A DNA stretch of 64,000 bases from an uncultured Acidimicrobiia bacterium. GTDB taxonomy: Bacteria > Actinomycetota > Acidimicrobiia > IMCC26256 > JAENVU01. This document shows positions 26,752 through 36,769 of the stretch, piece by piece; positions within the stretch are counted from its first letter, which is position 1; every line of letters starts with the position of its first letter. The position numbers were made by a program, and so were the translations under genes. The stretch covers positions 3,146-67,145 of the forward strand of contig CAVPAT010000005.1 in the NCBI GenBank assembly GCA_963701625.1, read 5' to 3'. Below the pieces are notes generated by a model that did not search any database, was not told where the DNA came from, and saw only the letters and a program-made list of their open reading frames with translations.

Positions 26752-28362
26752 GTGACCGAACCCCTGGACGTCGTCGTCGTCGGCGGTGGCCACAACGGGC
26801 TCGTGGCAGCCGGACTGCTCGCCAAGCGGGGCGCACGAGTCACCGTGCTCGAACGCCGCGACACCGTCGGCGGGGCAGCCGTCTCCGAACAGCCCTGGGG
26901 ACCGGACTACACCGTGACCGCGCTGTCATACGTCGTGAGCCTGATGCCGCCGACGATCCTGCGGGAGTTGGAACTGGCCCGCCACGGCTACCGGATTCAC
27001 CCACAGGGTCCGTATTTCGCGCCGCGTCCCGACGGGCCGGCGCTGCAGCTCCCTGACGATCCCGCGAGACGGCGGGCGTCGATCTCGCGGTTCTCTGCCC
27101 GGGACGCCGACGCGTTCGACGAGTGGGAGCACTGGCTCGGATCCGTCGCCGGACTCCTGGAGCCGCTCCTGACCCGAACGCCACCGAAACTCGGATCGCA
27201 TCGGCTCGGGGATCTCCGTGACCAGATCGGGCTTGGATGGTCCGCCCGCCGCTGGAACAGCCGCGCGGTCGCGGACATCACCCGCCTGTTCACCATGAGC
27301 ATCGCGGATGTGGTCGAGGATCGCTTCGAATCAGACGCGATGCGCGGCGTGCTGTCGGTCAGCGGCGTCATCGGAACCTGGGCCGGACCCCGCGCAGCCG
27401 GCACCGCCTACGTCATGGCCCACCACAAGGTCGGCGATCTGGGCGATGGCGCGCTCGGCGCGTGGGGGTTTCCCGAAGGCGGGATGGGCGCGGTCACCCG
27501 CGTGCTGGCGGACGCGGCCCGGTCCTTCGGCGCGACCATTCGTACCGGCGTGGGCGTCGCGCGGATTCGGGTCAGCAACGGACGCGTGGTCGGCGTCGTG
27601 ACCGAAGCGGGCGAGGAACTGGCGGCAACGGTCGTGATCGCCGCCACCCATCCTCAGATCACCTTTCTGCAGCAGCTCGACCCGACCGACCTCCCGGACG
27701 ACTTCGTGACTGACATCGAACGCTGGAAGAGTCGGAGCGGCACGGTCAAGATCAACCTCGCGCTCGACCGGCTTCCACAGTTCCGGGGCGTGGACGGATT
27801 CGACCCCGAGGTGCACGGCGGCACGATCGTGCTGGCGCCGAGCCTCGAACATGTCGAGCAAGCGTTCCAAGACGCGGTGGCCGGTCGCGTGGCCGCCGCA
27901 CCGTTCGCCGACATCTGCATCCCGTCCGTCTTCGATCCCACGCTGGCCCCTGAAGGACACCACGTGATGTCGATGTTCACGCAATGGGTACCTGCCGAGT
28001 GGGCCACCGACGAACCGGCCGGCGAACTGGACAGGTACGCCGACCGCGTCATCGCGCAGGTGGAGGCGGTCGCGCCCGGTTTCACCGACTCCGTCCTGCA
28101 CCGCCAGGTCATCGGTCCCTACGCGATGGAGCACACATACGGACTCGTCGGCGGCAACATCTTCCACGGCGAGCTGTCGCCACCCCAGCTGTTCCACCTC
28201 CGTCCCGCGCCCGGATACGCGGACTACCGCACACCGATCCCGGGCCTGTACCAAGCCTCGAGCGCGACCCACGGGGGTGGTGGGGTCACCGGCATTCCCG
28301 GCCTCAAGGCCGTCGAGGCCGTCCTGACCGATCACCGCAAGACCCGACGCCGACGAAGCTGA
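26752..28362 (+). CDS. Phytoene desaturase-family (CrtI-like) NAD(P)/FAD-dependent oxidoreductase
   Basis: (GTG)TEPLDVVVVGGGHNGLVAAGLLAKRGARVTVLERRDTVGGAAVS.. through ..YQASSATHGGGGVTGIPG.. Confidence 0.75.
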   Translation: MTEPLDVVVVGGGHNGLVAAGLLAKRGARVTVLERRDTVGGAAVSEQPWGPDYTVTALSYVVSLMPPTILRELELARHGYRIHPQGPYFAPRPDGPALQLPDDPARRRASISRFSARDADAFDEWEHWLGSVAGLLEPLLTRTPPKLGSHRLGDLRDQIGLGWSARRWNSRAVADITRLFTMSIADVVEDRFESDAMRGVLSVSGVIGTWAGPRAAGTAYVMAHHKVGDLGDGALGAWGFPEGGMGAVTRVLADAARSFGATIRTGVGVARIRVSNGRVVGVVTEAGEELAATVVIAATHPQITFLQQLDPTDLPDDFVTDIERWKSRSGTVKINLALDRLPQFRGVDGFDPEVHGGTIVLAPSLEHVEQAFQDAVAGRVAAAPFADICIPSVFDPTLAPEGHHVMSMFTQWVPAEWATDEPAGELDRYADRVIAQVEAVAPGFTDSVLHRQVIGPYAMEHTYGLVGGNIFHGELSPPQLFHLRPAPGYADYRTPIPGLYQASSATHGGGGVTGIPGLKAVEAVLTDHRKTRRRRS

Positions 28363-28434
28363 GCACCGTTCCACCTCGCGGGCCGGTCGGAGAGGCGGCG
28401 CGAGACACACCCCAACCGACCAACGTTCGAACAG

Positions 28435-29691
28435 TCAGGTCGTCGCGACGAGGGCAGCTTCGAACGCCGCGAGTCCGCGGTCGATCTCGGCCTCGGAGAC
28501 CACCAGCGGCGGCATCCACCGCAGCACATTTCCTGCGGTCCCGGCGCTCATCAGGAGCAACCGGCCTTCCCGTCGACAATGGTCGGCAACCGCGGCCACT
28601 CGGGCCGCGTCCGGCGCGCCACGGCGATCGACCAACTCGCAACCGACCATGAGGCCCGGCCCGCGCACGTGGCCGATCGTCGGATGCGCCCGGGCCTGAT
28701 CCCGGAGTCCGGCACGTAACTGTTCGCCGCGCGCTCGGACGTGCTCGAGCAACCCGGGCTCCGTCAACACGTCGATCGTGGCCAGGGCGGCCGCACACCC
28801 GATCGGGTTGCCGCCGTAGGTACCGCCGTGCGAGCCCTGGGGCCATCGCGCCATCAGGTCCGCGGGCGCGCCGATCGCGGAAATCGGGAACCCCGACGCG
28901 ATCCCCTTGGCCATGACGACGACGTCCGGGATCACCCCCGAGGGTTCGATCGCGAACATCGTGCCGGTGCGCGCGAACCCGGACTGGACCTCGTCAGCGA
29001 CGAACAGGATCCCGTGGTCGGTGCAACGATCGCGCAATCCCTGCAAGAAGGCGGCCGGCGCGGGGACGTAGCCACCTTCGCCGAGCACCGGCTCGATGAC
29101 GATCGCGGCCGTCTCCGCCGGGCCGGACTGGGAGGCCAAGACGAGGTCGAAGGCGGAGAGCGCCCGTTCGATCGCCTCGCCATCGGAGAGACGGTCGCGG
29201 AAGGGATACGGGAACGGCGAGACGAACACCCCGCTCGGCAGCGGCTGGTAACCGGCGCGGTACCCGGTCTTGGAGGTCGTCATCGCCATGGTGAGGTGCG
29301 ACCGGCCGTGGAACGAGCCCTGGAACACCACGATGTTCGGACGCCCGGTCGCCTGCTTGGCCAACTTCACCGCGGCCTCCGTCGCCTCGGCCCCTGAGTT
29401 CGCAAAGAAGAACGTGTCGATGCCCGGCGGGGCGATCTCGGCCAACCGGGCGCCGAGCCGTTCGAGGAGTGGATGCCGATAGCAGTTGACCTGGGCGTGG
29501 ATGAAGCGACCCGCTTGCTCGGCGATGGCCGCGACGACATGGGGATGGCAGTGTCCGGTGCTGGTCACGGCGATCCCGCTGGTGAAGTCCAGGTACTCCG
29601 TCCCGTCGGCGGTCGTGACGGTACAGCCGGTACCGGAAACCACTTCGAGGTCGGTGACCTGGAACCACACGCCGGAGAGATGGGACGTCAT
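28435..29691 (-). CDS. Class III (omega/GABA-type) PLP aminotransferase
   Basis: ..LDFTSGIAVTSTGHCHP..FFANSGAEATEAAVKLA..LFVADEVQSGFARTG..VMAKGIASGFP.. Confidence 0.85.
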   Translation of the reverse strand: MTSHLSGVWFQVTDLEVVSGTGCTVTTADGTEYLDFTSGIAVTSTGHCHPHVVAAIAEQAGRFIHAQVNCYRHPLLERLGARLAEIAPPGIDTFFFANSGAEATEAAVKLAKQATGRPNIVVFQGSFHGRSHLTMAMTTSKTGYRAGYQPLPSGVFVSPFPYPFRDRLSDGEAIERALSAFDLVLASQSGPAETAAIVIEPVLGEGGYVPAPAAFLQGLRDRCTDHGILFVADEVQSGFARTGTMFAIEPSGVIPDVVVMAKGIASGFPISAIGAPADLMARWPQGSHGGTYGGNPIGCAAALATIDVLTEPGLLEHVRARGEQLRAGLRDQARAHPTIGHVRGPGLMVGCELVDRRGAPDAARVAAVADHCRREGRLLLMSAGTAGNVLRWMPPLVVSEAEIDRGLAAFEAALVATT

Positions 29692-29701
29692 CGCACCAAC
29701 G

Positions 29702-30832
29702 CTAGGTCGACGGCCGCAACGTCGTGAGCGGGCGACCTTCCGTCCACGCGGCCGGATCTCCCGGACTCCAACGTCCGCTCCCGAATGGCGAAGCAGCCAG
29801 ACGCCCGCGAGCCAGTCGCTGCGCCGCTCGCCCGGGAGCCACCCGCCATTCGCGTGCAGCCGCGAACACCCTTGCGGTGGTTGCCTCGATCCCGGAGGCG
29901 GCGGCGAGCGCGCGCGGGCGCGAATAGCCGGTGAACTCCTCGGCGATGTTCAGAATCCCACCGGCATTCACCACGAAGTCCGGCGCGTACAGAATCCCCG
30001 CGGCGGCGAGGGCATCGTCGGTCCGGTCGTCGGCGAGCTGGTTGTTGGCTCCGCCGCAGACGATCTCACAGCGCAGGTCCGGAACCCGCCGCTCGTCGAT
30101 CACCGGTCCGAGTGCGCACGGCGCCAAGACGTCCGCGACGACGTCCAACACCTCATCCGCCGCTACGACCGACGCCCCGGCATCGGCCGCGACGCGCGCC
30201 GCTCGATCCGCATCGACATCGGCGACCGTGACCCGAATGCCGTCGTCGCGGAGGATCCGGGCCAACCCGCCGCCGACCTTGCCCGCGCCCTGGATCACCA
30301 CATGCCGACCCGAGAGCGACGGCGAACCCCAACGCTCCCGCGCCGCCGCCCGCATCCCGGCGTACACACCCACTGCGGTCACCGGCGACGGGTCACCCGA
30401 ACCTCCGGCCGACTCACTCACCCCGGTGACCCAGGGCGTCACCGCGGCGATGCCGTCCATGTCGGCGGTGGTCGCGCCGACATCCTCGGCGGCGAGATAC
30501 CGCCCGCCCAGCTCGTGGATGGCCCGCCCGATGACACCGAGTTGCTCTGCGGTGCGCGCTCGGTTCGAGTCGGGCCAGAACACGACGGCCTTCCCGCCAC
30601 CCTGGTCGAGGCCCGCGGCTGCCGCTTTCAACGTCATCGCCTCCGACAACCGCAGCACGTCGGCGACACCGTCGGCCTCGGTGTCGTAATGCCAGAACCG
30701 GATCCCACCGAGCGCCGGTCCGAGCCGGGTCGAGTGGATCGCGATGACGGCCCGAACTTCGACGGCCGGCTCCGCGACGAACACGACCTGCTCGTGACCC
30801 CGAGCACCCATGACCTCGGTGAGTTCCATCAC
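29702..30832 (-). CDS. Leu/Val/Phe-type amino acid dehydrogenase
   Basis: ..IAIHSTRLGPALGGIRFWHY..MTLKAAAAGLDQGGGKAVV..VVIQGAGKVGGGLA.. belongs to the Glu/Leu/Phe/Val dehydrogenase family. Confidence 0.8.
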   Translation of the reverse strand: MMELTEVMGARGHEQVVFVAEPAVEVRAVIAIHSTRLGPALGGIRFWHYDTEADGVADVLRLSEAMTLKAAAAGLDQGGGKAVVFWPDSNRARTAEQLGVIGRAIHELGGRYLAAEDVGATTADMDGIAAVTPWVTGVSESAGGSGDPSPVTAVGVYAGMRAAARERWGSPSLSGRHVVIQGAGKVGGGLARILRDDGIRVTVADVDADRAARVAADAGASVVAADEVLDVVADVLAPCALGPVIDERRVPDLRCEIVCGGANNQLADDRTDDALAAAGILYAPDFVVNAGGILNIAEEFTGYSRPRALAAASGIEATTARVFAAAREWRVAPGRAAQRLARGRLAASPFGSGRWSPGDPAAWTEGRPLTTLRPST

Positions 30833-30845
30833 CCGATGGCGCGTG

Positions 30846-31253
30846 TCAGTCGTCGGGATCGAAGTCGAGCGCGAGTGAGTTCATGCAGTACCGCAACCCG
30901 GTCGGGCGCGGACCGTCCGGGAACACGTGCCCGAGGTGCCCGCCGCAACGGCTGCAGAGAATCTCCGTTCGCGTCATACCGTGGCTGGTGTCCACCCGCT
31001 CCTCCACCGCACTCGGGTCCGCCGCGGCCCAGAACGACGGCCACCCGCTGCCCGAGTGGAACTTCGTGTCCGCGGTGAAAAGGGCGGCACCGCACCCGCC
31101 ACATCGGTACGTCCCTGGATCATCCTTGTCGGTGTACTCACCGGTGAAGGCCCGCTCGGTCGCACCCTCTCGCAGCACCGAGAAGCGCGATGGGTCCAAG
31201 CGTGCCCGCCACTGCTCATCGGTCAGGTTCGTCAGTTCCTCATCGGCAGCCAT
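30846..31253 (-). CDS. msrB: Peptide-methionine (R)-S-oxide reductase
   Basis: ..[58 protein letters not shown]. Both CxxC pairs are present and the catalytic residue is Cys, not a stop codon. Confidence 0.9.
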   Translation of the reverse strand: MAADEELTNLTDEQWRARLDPSRFSVLREGATERAFTGEYTDKDDPGTYRCGGCGAALFTADTKFHSGSGWPSFWAAADPSAVEERVDTSHGMTRTEILCSRCGGHLGHVFPDGPRPTGLRYCMNSLALDFDPDD

Positions 31254-31294
31254 CAGCCCAGGCTAGGGCGCCATCTCCACACAATCTCCACAGG

Positions 31295-32053
31295 ATGGGG
31301 TCCGCGCCCCCATCGGTCGCTTCGTATCCTTCTGGGGTGTCTCCTGCGGTCGCGACCACGCCGACGCCGCGCACCATCCTCGTCGTCGAGGACGAGCGTC
31401 CGATCGCTGATGCGGTCGCGGCTCGGCTGCGCTCCGAGGGCTATCAGGTCGAGATCGCCGGCGACGGGCTCGAGGGCATCACCCGTTGTCAGCAACTCGC
31501 GCCGGACCTCGTCGTCCTCGACCTGATGTTGCCCGGCCTCGACGGGCTCGAGGTGTGTGAACGAATCCAGGCCGAGCGGCCGGTGCCGGTACTGATGCTC
31601 ACGGCGCGAGACAGCGAGCAGGACATCCTCGTCGGGCTCGGCGTCGGTGCGGACGACTACATGACCAAGCCGTTCAGCAGCCGCGAGCTCGTCGCGCGAG
31701 TCCACGCGATGCTCCGTCGAGTCGACCGCGCCCGCGAGTACGCACAGTTGCCGACGAGCCCGTCGGTCATCAGGATCGCGGGCCTGACGATCGACCGGTC
31801 GACTCGACGAGTCGACCGGTCCGGCGAACCGGTGCACCTGACACCGACCGAGTTCGACCTCGCCCTGTTCCTGGCCGAGGCTCCGGGTCGCGTCTTCACC
31901 CGCGAGGACCTCCTCGCCGCGGTATGGGGCTACGACATCGTCGCCGGTGCTCGCACCGTGGATTCCCATGTCGGCGCGTTGCGCCGCAAACTCGGCCCTG
32001 ACGTCATCCGCACCGTCCATGGTGTTGGGTACGCGCTCGAGGCGGGGGCATGA
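31295..32053 (+). CDS. OmpR/PhoB-family response regulator
   Basis: ..RTILVVEDERPIADAV..DLVVLDLMLPGLDG..MLTARD.. is the receiver domain. ..LTPTEFDLALFLAE..VFTREDLL..VDSHVGALRRKL..IRTVHGVGY is the winged helix. Confidence 0.85.
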   Translation: MGSAPPSVASYPSGVSPAVATTPTPRTILVVEDERPIADAVAARLRSEGYQVEIAGDGLEGITRCQQLAPDLVVLDLMLPGLDGLEVCERIQAERPVPVLMLTARDSEQDILVGLGVGADDYMTKPFSSRELVARVHAMLRRVDRAREYAQLPTSPSVIRIAGLTIDRSTRRVDRSGEPVHLTPTEFDLALFLAEAPGRVFTREDLLAAVWGYDIVAGARTVDSHVGALRRKLGPDVIRTVHGVGYALEAGA

Positions 32054-33121
32054 AGCACCGTCCAGTTCCTCACGTCCCGCACGTTCCCGAGCGCCCGCTC
32101 GACGCGCTCAACTCGATCAAGGTCAAGCTCGGCGCGCTCTTCGTCGGCGCCGTGTTCCTCACGGTGTTCGTCTTCTGGTTCGGCGTTCGCATCCTTCACG
32201 TCTGGCCCAGTGTCGCCGGACTGCTTGCCGCGGCGGTTGCGCTACTCATGGTGCGGCGGCTCGCCCGAGGCATGACCTCGCCGCTGCGCGAGATGGCCGC
32301 GGCCTCCCAGGCGATGGCCACGGGCGACTACAGCCAGCGGGTGACGGCCACCTCATCGGACGAAGTCGGAAAGCTGGCGATCGCGTTCAACCGGATGGCG
32401 ACCGAGCTCGCCGAGACCGACCGCGTCCGCCGCGACCTCGTCGCGAATGTCAGCCACGAGCTGCGCACACCGCTCACCGCACTCCAGGCAACTCTCGAGA
32501 ACCTCGTCGACGGCGTCGCCGAGGCGGACCCCGCGACGCTGGCCACGATGCTCACCCAGGTGGAGCGGCTCGGCCGGCTCGTCAGTCAACTCCTCGACCT
32601 CTCCCGACTCGAGGCCGGCACGGTGCCACTCGATCGGCAGCCCTTCGCCGTCGAGCCGCTGCTCGCCCACGCGGTCCGCGAGCAGGAGATGAGCGCTCCT
32701 GGGATCCCCATCGAGATGACCGTGGACGACGCCGATCTCGCTGCCGATGGCGACCCCGAGCGGGTCCACCAGGTGGTGGCGAACCTCTTGGAGAACGCCG
32801 TGCGCCATTCACCCCGGGGTTCGTCGGTCCAGGTGCGCGCGCCGGCACGAGGGCGGCGTCGTCATCGAGGTCCTCGACGAAGGCCCCGGGATCGCCGCCG
32901 ACGACGCGGCGCGAGTGTTCGAGCGCTTCTATCGAGCCGATACCGCAAGAGCTTCCTCCGACGGTGGTGCCGGACTCGGTCTGGCCATCGCTCGATGGAT
33001 CGTCGACCTTCACGGCGGCGACATCCATCCCGAACCGCGTGACCCGCACGGCTGCCGCATGGTCGTGACCTTGCCGCGCAGTACCAATGCCCAACCCGAA
33101 CGTCAGGAGATCACGACATGA
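32050..33121 (+). CDS. Sensor histidine kinase (2 TM, HAMP, HisKA, HATPase), one frameshift at ~32838
   Basis: ..RRDLVANVSHELRTPLTAL.. is the H-box. ..VVANLLENAVRHSPRGSSVQVRA then shifts frame and continues in ORF 32747..33121 as ..HEGGVVIEVLDEGPGIAADDAARVFERFYRAD..GGAGLGLAIARWIVDLHGG. Confidence 0.8.
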
Positions 33122-33759
33122 AGCTCGCCACCATCGAAGAGGCGCTTCGAAGGATCCGCCGAGGGGAAATGGTCCTCGTCGCCGACGATGAGGACCGCGA
33201 GAACGAGGGCGACCTGACCATGGCCGCGGAGTGGGTCACCCCCGAGGCGATCAACTTCATGCTGCGGTGGGCGCGAGGGCTGGTGTGTATGCCGACCCAT
33301 GCCGAGTATCTCGATCGGCTCGACATCCCGCCGATGGTGCCGCCGGGTCGTGCCGGGGCCGATACCGCGTTCTCGATTTCGATCGACCACCGCGACGCCG
33401 GCAGCGGGATCGGTGCAGCCGACCGCGCCTGCACCATTCGGAACTTCCTCCATGCCGACGCCGGGGCCGACGACTTCATCCGGCCCGGCCACGTCTTTCC
33501 GCTCCGAGCGCGTGACGGCGGTGTACTCGAGCGCCGCGGTCACACCGAGGCTGCGGTCGACCTCGCGCGACTCGCCGGACTTCCTCCGGTTGCCGTGATC
33601 TGCGAAGTTCTCCACGACGACGGTTCGCCGGCCCGGGTGCCATTCCTGGAGCTCTTCGCCGAAGAGCATCGGGTCGCCATGATCACCGTCGCCCAGCTCG
33701 TCGAACACCGGGAACGTATCGGCGACACGCAGTCCGGCCGCACGCGCCTGCTGCTCTGA
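33118..33759 (+). CDS. ribB: 3,4-dihydroxy-2-butanone-4-phosphate synthase (stand-alone RibB)
   Basis: MKLATIEEALRRIRRGEMVLVADDEDRENEGDLTMAAEWVTPEAINFM..RGLVCMP..FSISID..PGHVFPLRARDGGVLERRGHTEAAVDLARLAGL... The ATGA overlaps the kinase stop. Confidence 0.85.
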   Translation: MKLATIEEALRRIRRGEMVLVADDEDRENEGDLTMAAEWVTPEAINFMLRWARGLVCMPTHAEYLDRLDIPPMVPPGRAGADTAFSISIDHRDAGSGIGAADRACTIRNFLHADAGADDFIRPGHVFPLRARDGGVLERRGHTEAAVDLARLAGLPPVAVICEVLHDDGSPARVPFLELFAEEHRVAMITVAQLVEHRERIGDTQSGRTRLLL

Positions 33760-33775
33760 ACCCCGGCGGCGCGAG

Positions 33776-34030
33776 TCAGGCGCCGGCGTCCTCGCCGATT
33801 TCCTTGAGCGCCGCGGCCAGGGCGGCCCGCAACCGCCGAGCGGATGTCGGCGCGAGATGGGCGACGAGCCCATACCCCGCTCCGCCCCGCTCCTCCACGG
33901 TCAGACTGACCCGCGGTTCACCGTCGTCGGAGGCATCCGGATCGTCGGTCAGCCCGACCATCCACGACACCGGCGGGCGTTCGTCGTCAGCGGGGTGATC
34001 GTCGAGGGCATCGTCGATGGAGCGGCGCAC
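33776..34030 (-). CDS. Hypothetical small acidic protein
   Basis: An 84-aa ORF with no recognisable motif. Its codon usage is consistent with its neighbours. Confidence 0.3.
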   Translation of the reverse strand: MRRSIDDALDDHPADDERPPVSWMVGLTDDPDASDDGEPRVSLTVEERGGAGYGLVAHLAPTSARRLRAALAAALKEIGEDAGA

Positions 34031-34091
34031 CCGCCCAGCCTAGGGAGGACGGCCGAGAAACGCACCGAATCGGCCCGTCGCACTCGCGCCG

Positions 34092-34721
34092 TCACGTCGT
34101 GAGGGACACGACGAGGAGCGCCTGGGCCACGTGGTAGGTGACGATGATCGTCACCGGCTGCCAACTTCGATGCCGCACGAAGCGGTCCTCGCCGATGAAC
34201 GCATCCGAAGTCATGAAGAACAGCGCGCCGACGATCGCCAGAGCATTCCCTGACGCGATCGCGCTCGCGACCATCACCAGGATGGTCAGCACGTAGGCCA
34301 CCACCGGAGCGACGAGTTCGGGCTGCCCACGGGCCCGGATGCCGCGCACCAGCCGCGCGCCGAGCACCGCGGCGACGACGGCAACCGGAACAACACCGAG
34401 CCAGGATCCGTCGTCCACGCGTGTGAAACCGATGACGTACGCCACGTGAGCGAGCAGAAACGAGCTGAGACCGGCGACGAAGGCGTCGCGGGGCAGCATC
34501 AGGAAGACATCGCCGAGCAACGACAGGACCAACGCGATGACGAACCAGGTCCGAACGTTCGAATCCGTGGGATCGAGCGCAACCGCCGAAGCGGTCATGA
34601 GCACGAGCGTGAGCGGCTTACATACGTAGATTCCGGTCTGCGCGTGGCGCGCCACCGAGATCCAGTTGCCGACCGCGGCGAGTCCGGCGGCGATCAACAG
34701 CGCCGTTGCCAACGTGTTCAT
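34092..34721 (-). CDS. YhhN-family (lysoplasmalogenase-like) membrane protein
   Basis: There are seven to eight hydrophobic segments. ..YVCKPLTLVLM.. and ..LLGDVFLML..FLLAHVAYV.. fit the YhhN pattern. Confidence 0.6.
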   Translation of the reverse strand: MNTLATALLIAAGLAAVGNWISVARHAQTGIYVCKPLTLVLMTASAVALDPTDSNVRTWFVIALVLSLLGDVFLMLPRDAFVAGLSSFLLAHVAYVIGFTRVDDGSWLGVVPVAVVAAVLGARLVRGIRARGQPELVAPVVAYVLTILVMVASAIASGNALAIVGALFFMTSDAFIGEDRFVRHRSWQPVTIIVTYHVAQALLVVSLTT

Positions 34722-34759
34722 CGCCAGACCATCCGAGGCACCGTGTCACGATAGGTGGC

Positions 34760-35554
34760 ATGCCACTCGGCCCGCGGGTTCACCGCGCCTTTGAGACGGC
34801 CGTCGCGGTCCAGCGCCGCTACAGCGCCATCCGGGGCAGCAACCTCGCGGCGGCGATCAGCATGCGAGCATTCCTCGGACTCTTCCCGATCGCGGTCCTC
34901 GCCATCGGCGTCGTCGGAATCGTCGGCGGTGATGCCAGCACCACGAGTGCCGACCTCGCGAGAGCCCTCGGCCTCGGCGGACAATTCAGCGACACCCTTG
35001 CCGCCAGCATTCAGGCCGCCGAGGACAGTCAGATCGCCTCCGGGCTGATCGGGATCGTGGGACTGATCTGGGCCGGCACCGGACTCGCCGGCGCCCTCGC
35101 GGCTGCTTGGGACTCGGCATGGGACCGGCCTGGAGGGTCACTCCGCGGTCGGGGACTCGGCGTCCTCTGGCTCATCGGCGGGCTCGCATTTCTCGCGGCG
35201 ACGGTCGCGACCAGCGTGTTCTTCCACCGCGTCGAGGTGCTGCTGGAGTTCGGGGTGGTCGGTGGCATCGTCGCCAACACTGGATTCCTGCTGTGGACCG
35301 CTTGGCTCCTGCCGACGCGCACCATTGCGTGGCGGGCGATGGTGCGTCCGGCCCTCGTCGGCGGCGTGGCCCTCGAGGCCCTCCGGGCCGTCGGCGCGAC
35401 CGTCGTGCCCGCCCTCGTCCGGCGCTCCTCGACCGCCTACGGCGCGATCGGGGCGACGTTCGCGCTGCTCGTCTGGCTACTGGTCATGGCGCAGGTCATC
35501 GTGGCCGTCGCCGTCTTCGAGCGCTACCGCTGGGAGCAGCGGACTACGGACTGA
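34760..35554 (+). CDS. YihY/BrkB-family membrane protein
   Basis: From the ATG at 34760 it reads MPLGPRVHRAFETAVAVQRRYSAIRGSNLAAAISMRAFLGLFP.., followed by multiple transmembrane segments. Confidence 0.6.
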   Translation: MPLGPRVHRAFETAVAVQRRYSAIRGSNLAAAISMRAFLGLFPIAVLAIGVVGIVGGDASTTSADLARALGLGGQFSDTLAASIQAAEDSQIASGLIGIVGLIWAGTGLAGALAAAWDSAWDRPGGSLRGRGLGVLWLIGGLAFLAATVATSVFFHRVEVLLEFGVVGGIVANTGFLLWTAWLLPTRTIAWRAMVRPALVGGVALEALRAVGATVVPALVRRSSTAYGAIGATFALLVWLLVMAQVIVAVAVFERYRWEQRTTD

Positions 35555-36164
35555 GGCGCTCGATGACCCACGCAGCGTCGACGCCCTCGCGCCGGTACGA
35601 GACGCGGTCGTGCACGCGGTCCGTCCGGCTCCGCCAGAACTCCACCCGCAGCGGGGTGATGCGGTAGCCGCCCCAGTGGGGCGGTCGGGGCACCTCGCCC
35701 GGGAAGCGTCGTTCCACGGCCGCCACCGCGGCCTCCAGTGCGGCCCGATCCTTCACGGGCGCGCTCTGTGCCGAGGCCCACGCACCGATCTGGTGACCGC
35801 GTGGGCGGCCGGCAAAGTATTCGTCGGATTCGGCCTCGGACACCTTCGCGACCGGACCCTCGATCCGAACCTGGGCATCCAACTCCGACCAGTACAGGAC
35901 CGCGGCGGCGTTGGGACTCGCCGCGAGTTCGTGGCCCTTGCTCGAGTCGTAATTGGTGAAGAAGGCGAAGCCTCGCTCATCGAAACCCCGCAGCAGCACG
36001 ACCCGCGCGTGGGGATGTCCGTCCCCGTCCACGGTGGCCACCGTCATCGCGGCAGCACGGTTGGTGGTCGCCACGACGGCGACGTCGTACCAGTGAGCGA
36101 ACTGCACGAAGGGATTCCGATCGACGCCGCGCTCGTCGAGGAGCGACAAGGGATCGGTGGTCAT
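35544..36164 (-). CDS. pdxH: Pyridoxamine 5'-phosphate oxidase
   Basis: From the ATG at 36164: ..NPFVQFAHWYD..MTVATVDGDGHPHARVVLLRGFDERGFAFFTNYDSSKG..YWSELDAQVRIEG..ESDEYFAGRPRGHQIGAWAS.QS..PPHWGGYRI.P..EFW..R.DR.HDR..Y. Confidence 0.9.
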   Translation of the reverse strand: MTTDPLSLLDERGVDRNPFVQFAHWYDVAVVATTNRAAAMTVATVDGDGHPHARVVLLRGFDERGFAFFTNYDSSKGHELAASPNAAAVLYWSELDAQVRIEGPVAKVSEAESDEYFAGRPRGHQIGAWASAQSAPVKDRAALEAAVAAVERRFPGEVPRPPHWGGYRITPLRVEFWRSRTDRVHDRVSYRREGVDAAWVIERLSP

Positions 36165-36226
36165 GGCTGGACGGTAGCGCCTGCCCCCTACTTGCCCCAC
36201 GGCGCGGACTCCGGGAGAATCGGCCC

Positions 36227-36751
36227 ATGGCCTTTCACCACATCGCAATCGCGACCCGCAATCTGGTCGCCGTCGACGCCTTCTACCGGGAGGCGATGGG
36301 ATTCGAACTCGACCGGGTCAGCGTTGCTCCGACCCCCGAGGGCGGTTGGGCCCGGCACGTGTTCTACGACACCGGGAACGGCGAGATGATCGCGTTCTGG
36401 GACCTCCACGACGAGACCATCGGCGACTTCGAGCCGTCCATCTCCCAGGGGCTCGGGCTACCGGAATGGACGAACCACCTTGCGTTCCACGCGGACTCGC
36501 TCGCGGACATCGCGGTGGCGCGTGACCGCTGGCTCGCCCACGGCCACTACGTGTACGAGATCGACCATGGCTGGTGCACCTCGATCTACACCACCGACCC
36601 CAACGGCATCATGGTCGAATGGTGCACGACGACGGTCGCGACGACCGACGCGGTGAGGGAAGAGGCCGCTCGGCTGCTTCACGATCCGAACCCACCGCTC
36701 GAAGACGCGCCCACCGGCACTCTGTACTCCCCGACTCCCGTCGAGGTCTGA
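36227..36751 (+). CDS. VOC/glyoxalase-family protein
   Basis: MAFHHIAIATRNLVAVDAFYREAMGFEL..NHLAFHADS.. Confidence 0.65.
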   Translation: MAFHHIAIATRNLVAVDAFYREAMGFELDRVSVAPTPEGGWARHVFYDTGNGEMIAFWDLHDETIGDFEPSISQGLGLPEWTNHLAFHADSLADIAVARDRWLAHGHYVYEIDHGWCTSIYTTDPNGIMVEWCTTTVATTDAVREEAARLLHDPNPPLEDAPTGTLYSPTPVEV

Positions 36752-36769
36752 GCCGATACCCGCCCAGCG

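Noticed and set aside
30846-31253. MsrB as a second possible selenoprotein
   Set aside because: The catalytic position is encoded as Cys ([10 protein letters not shown]) and there is no in-frame stop.
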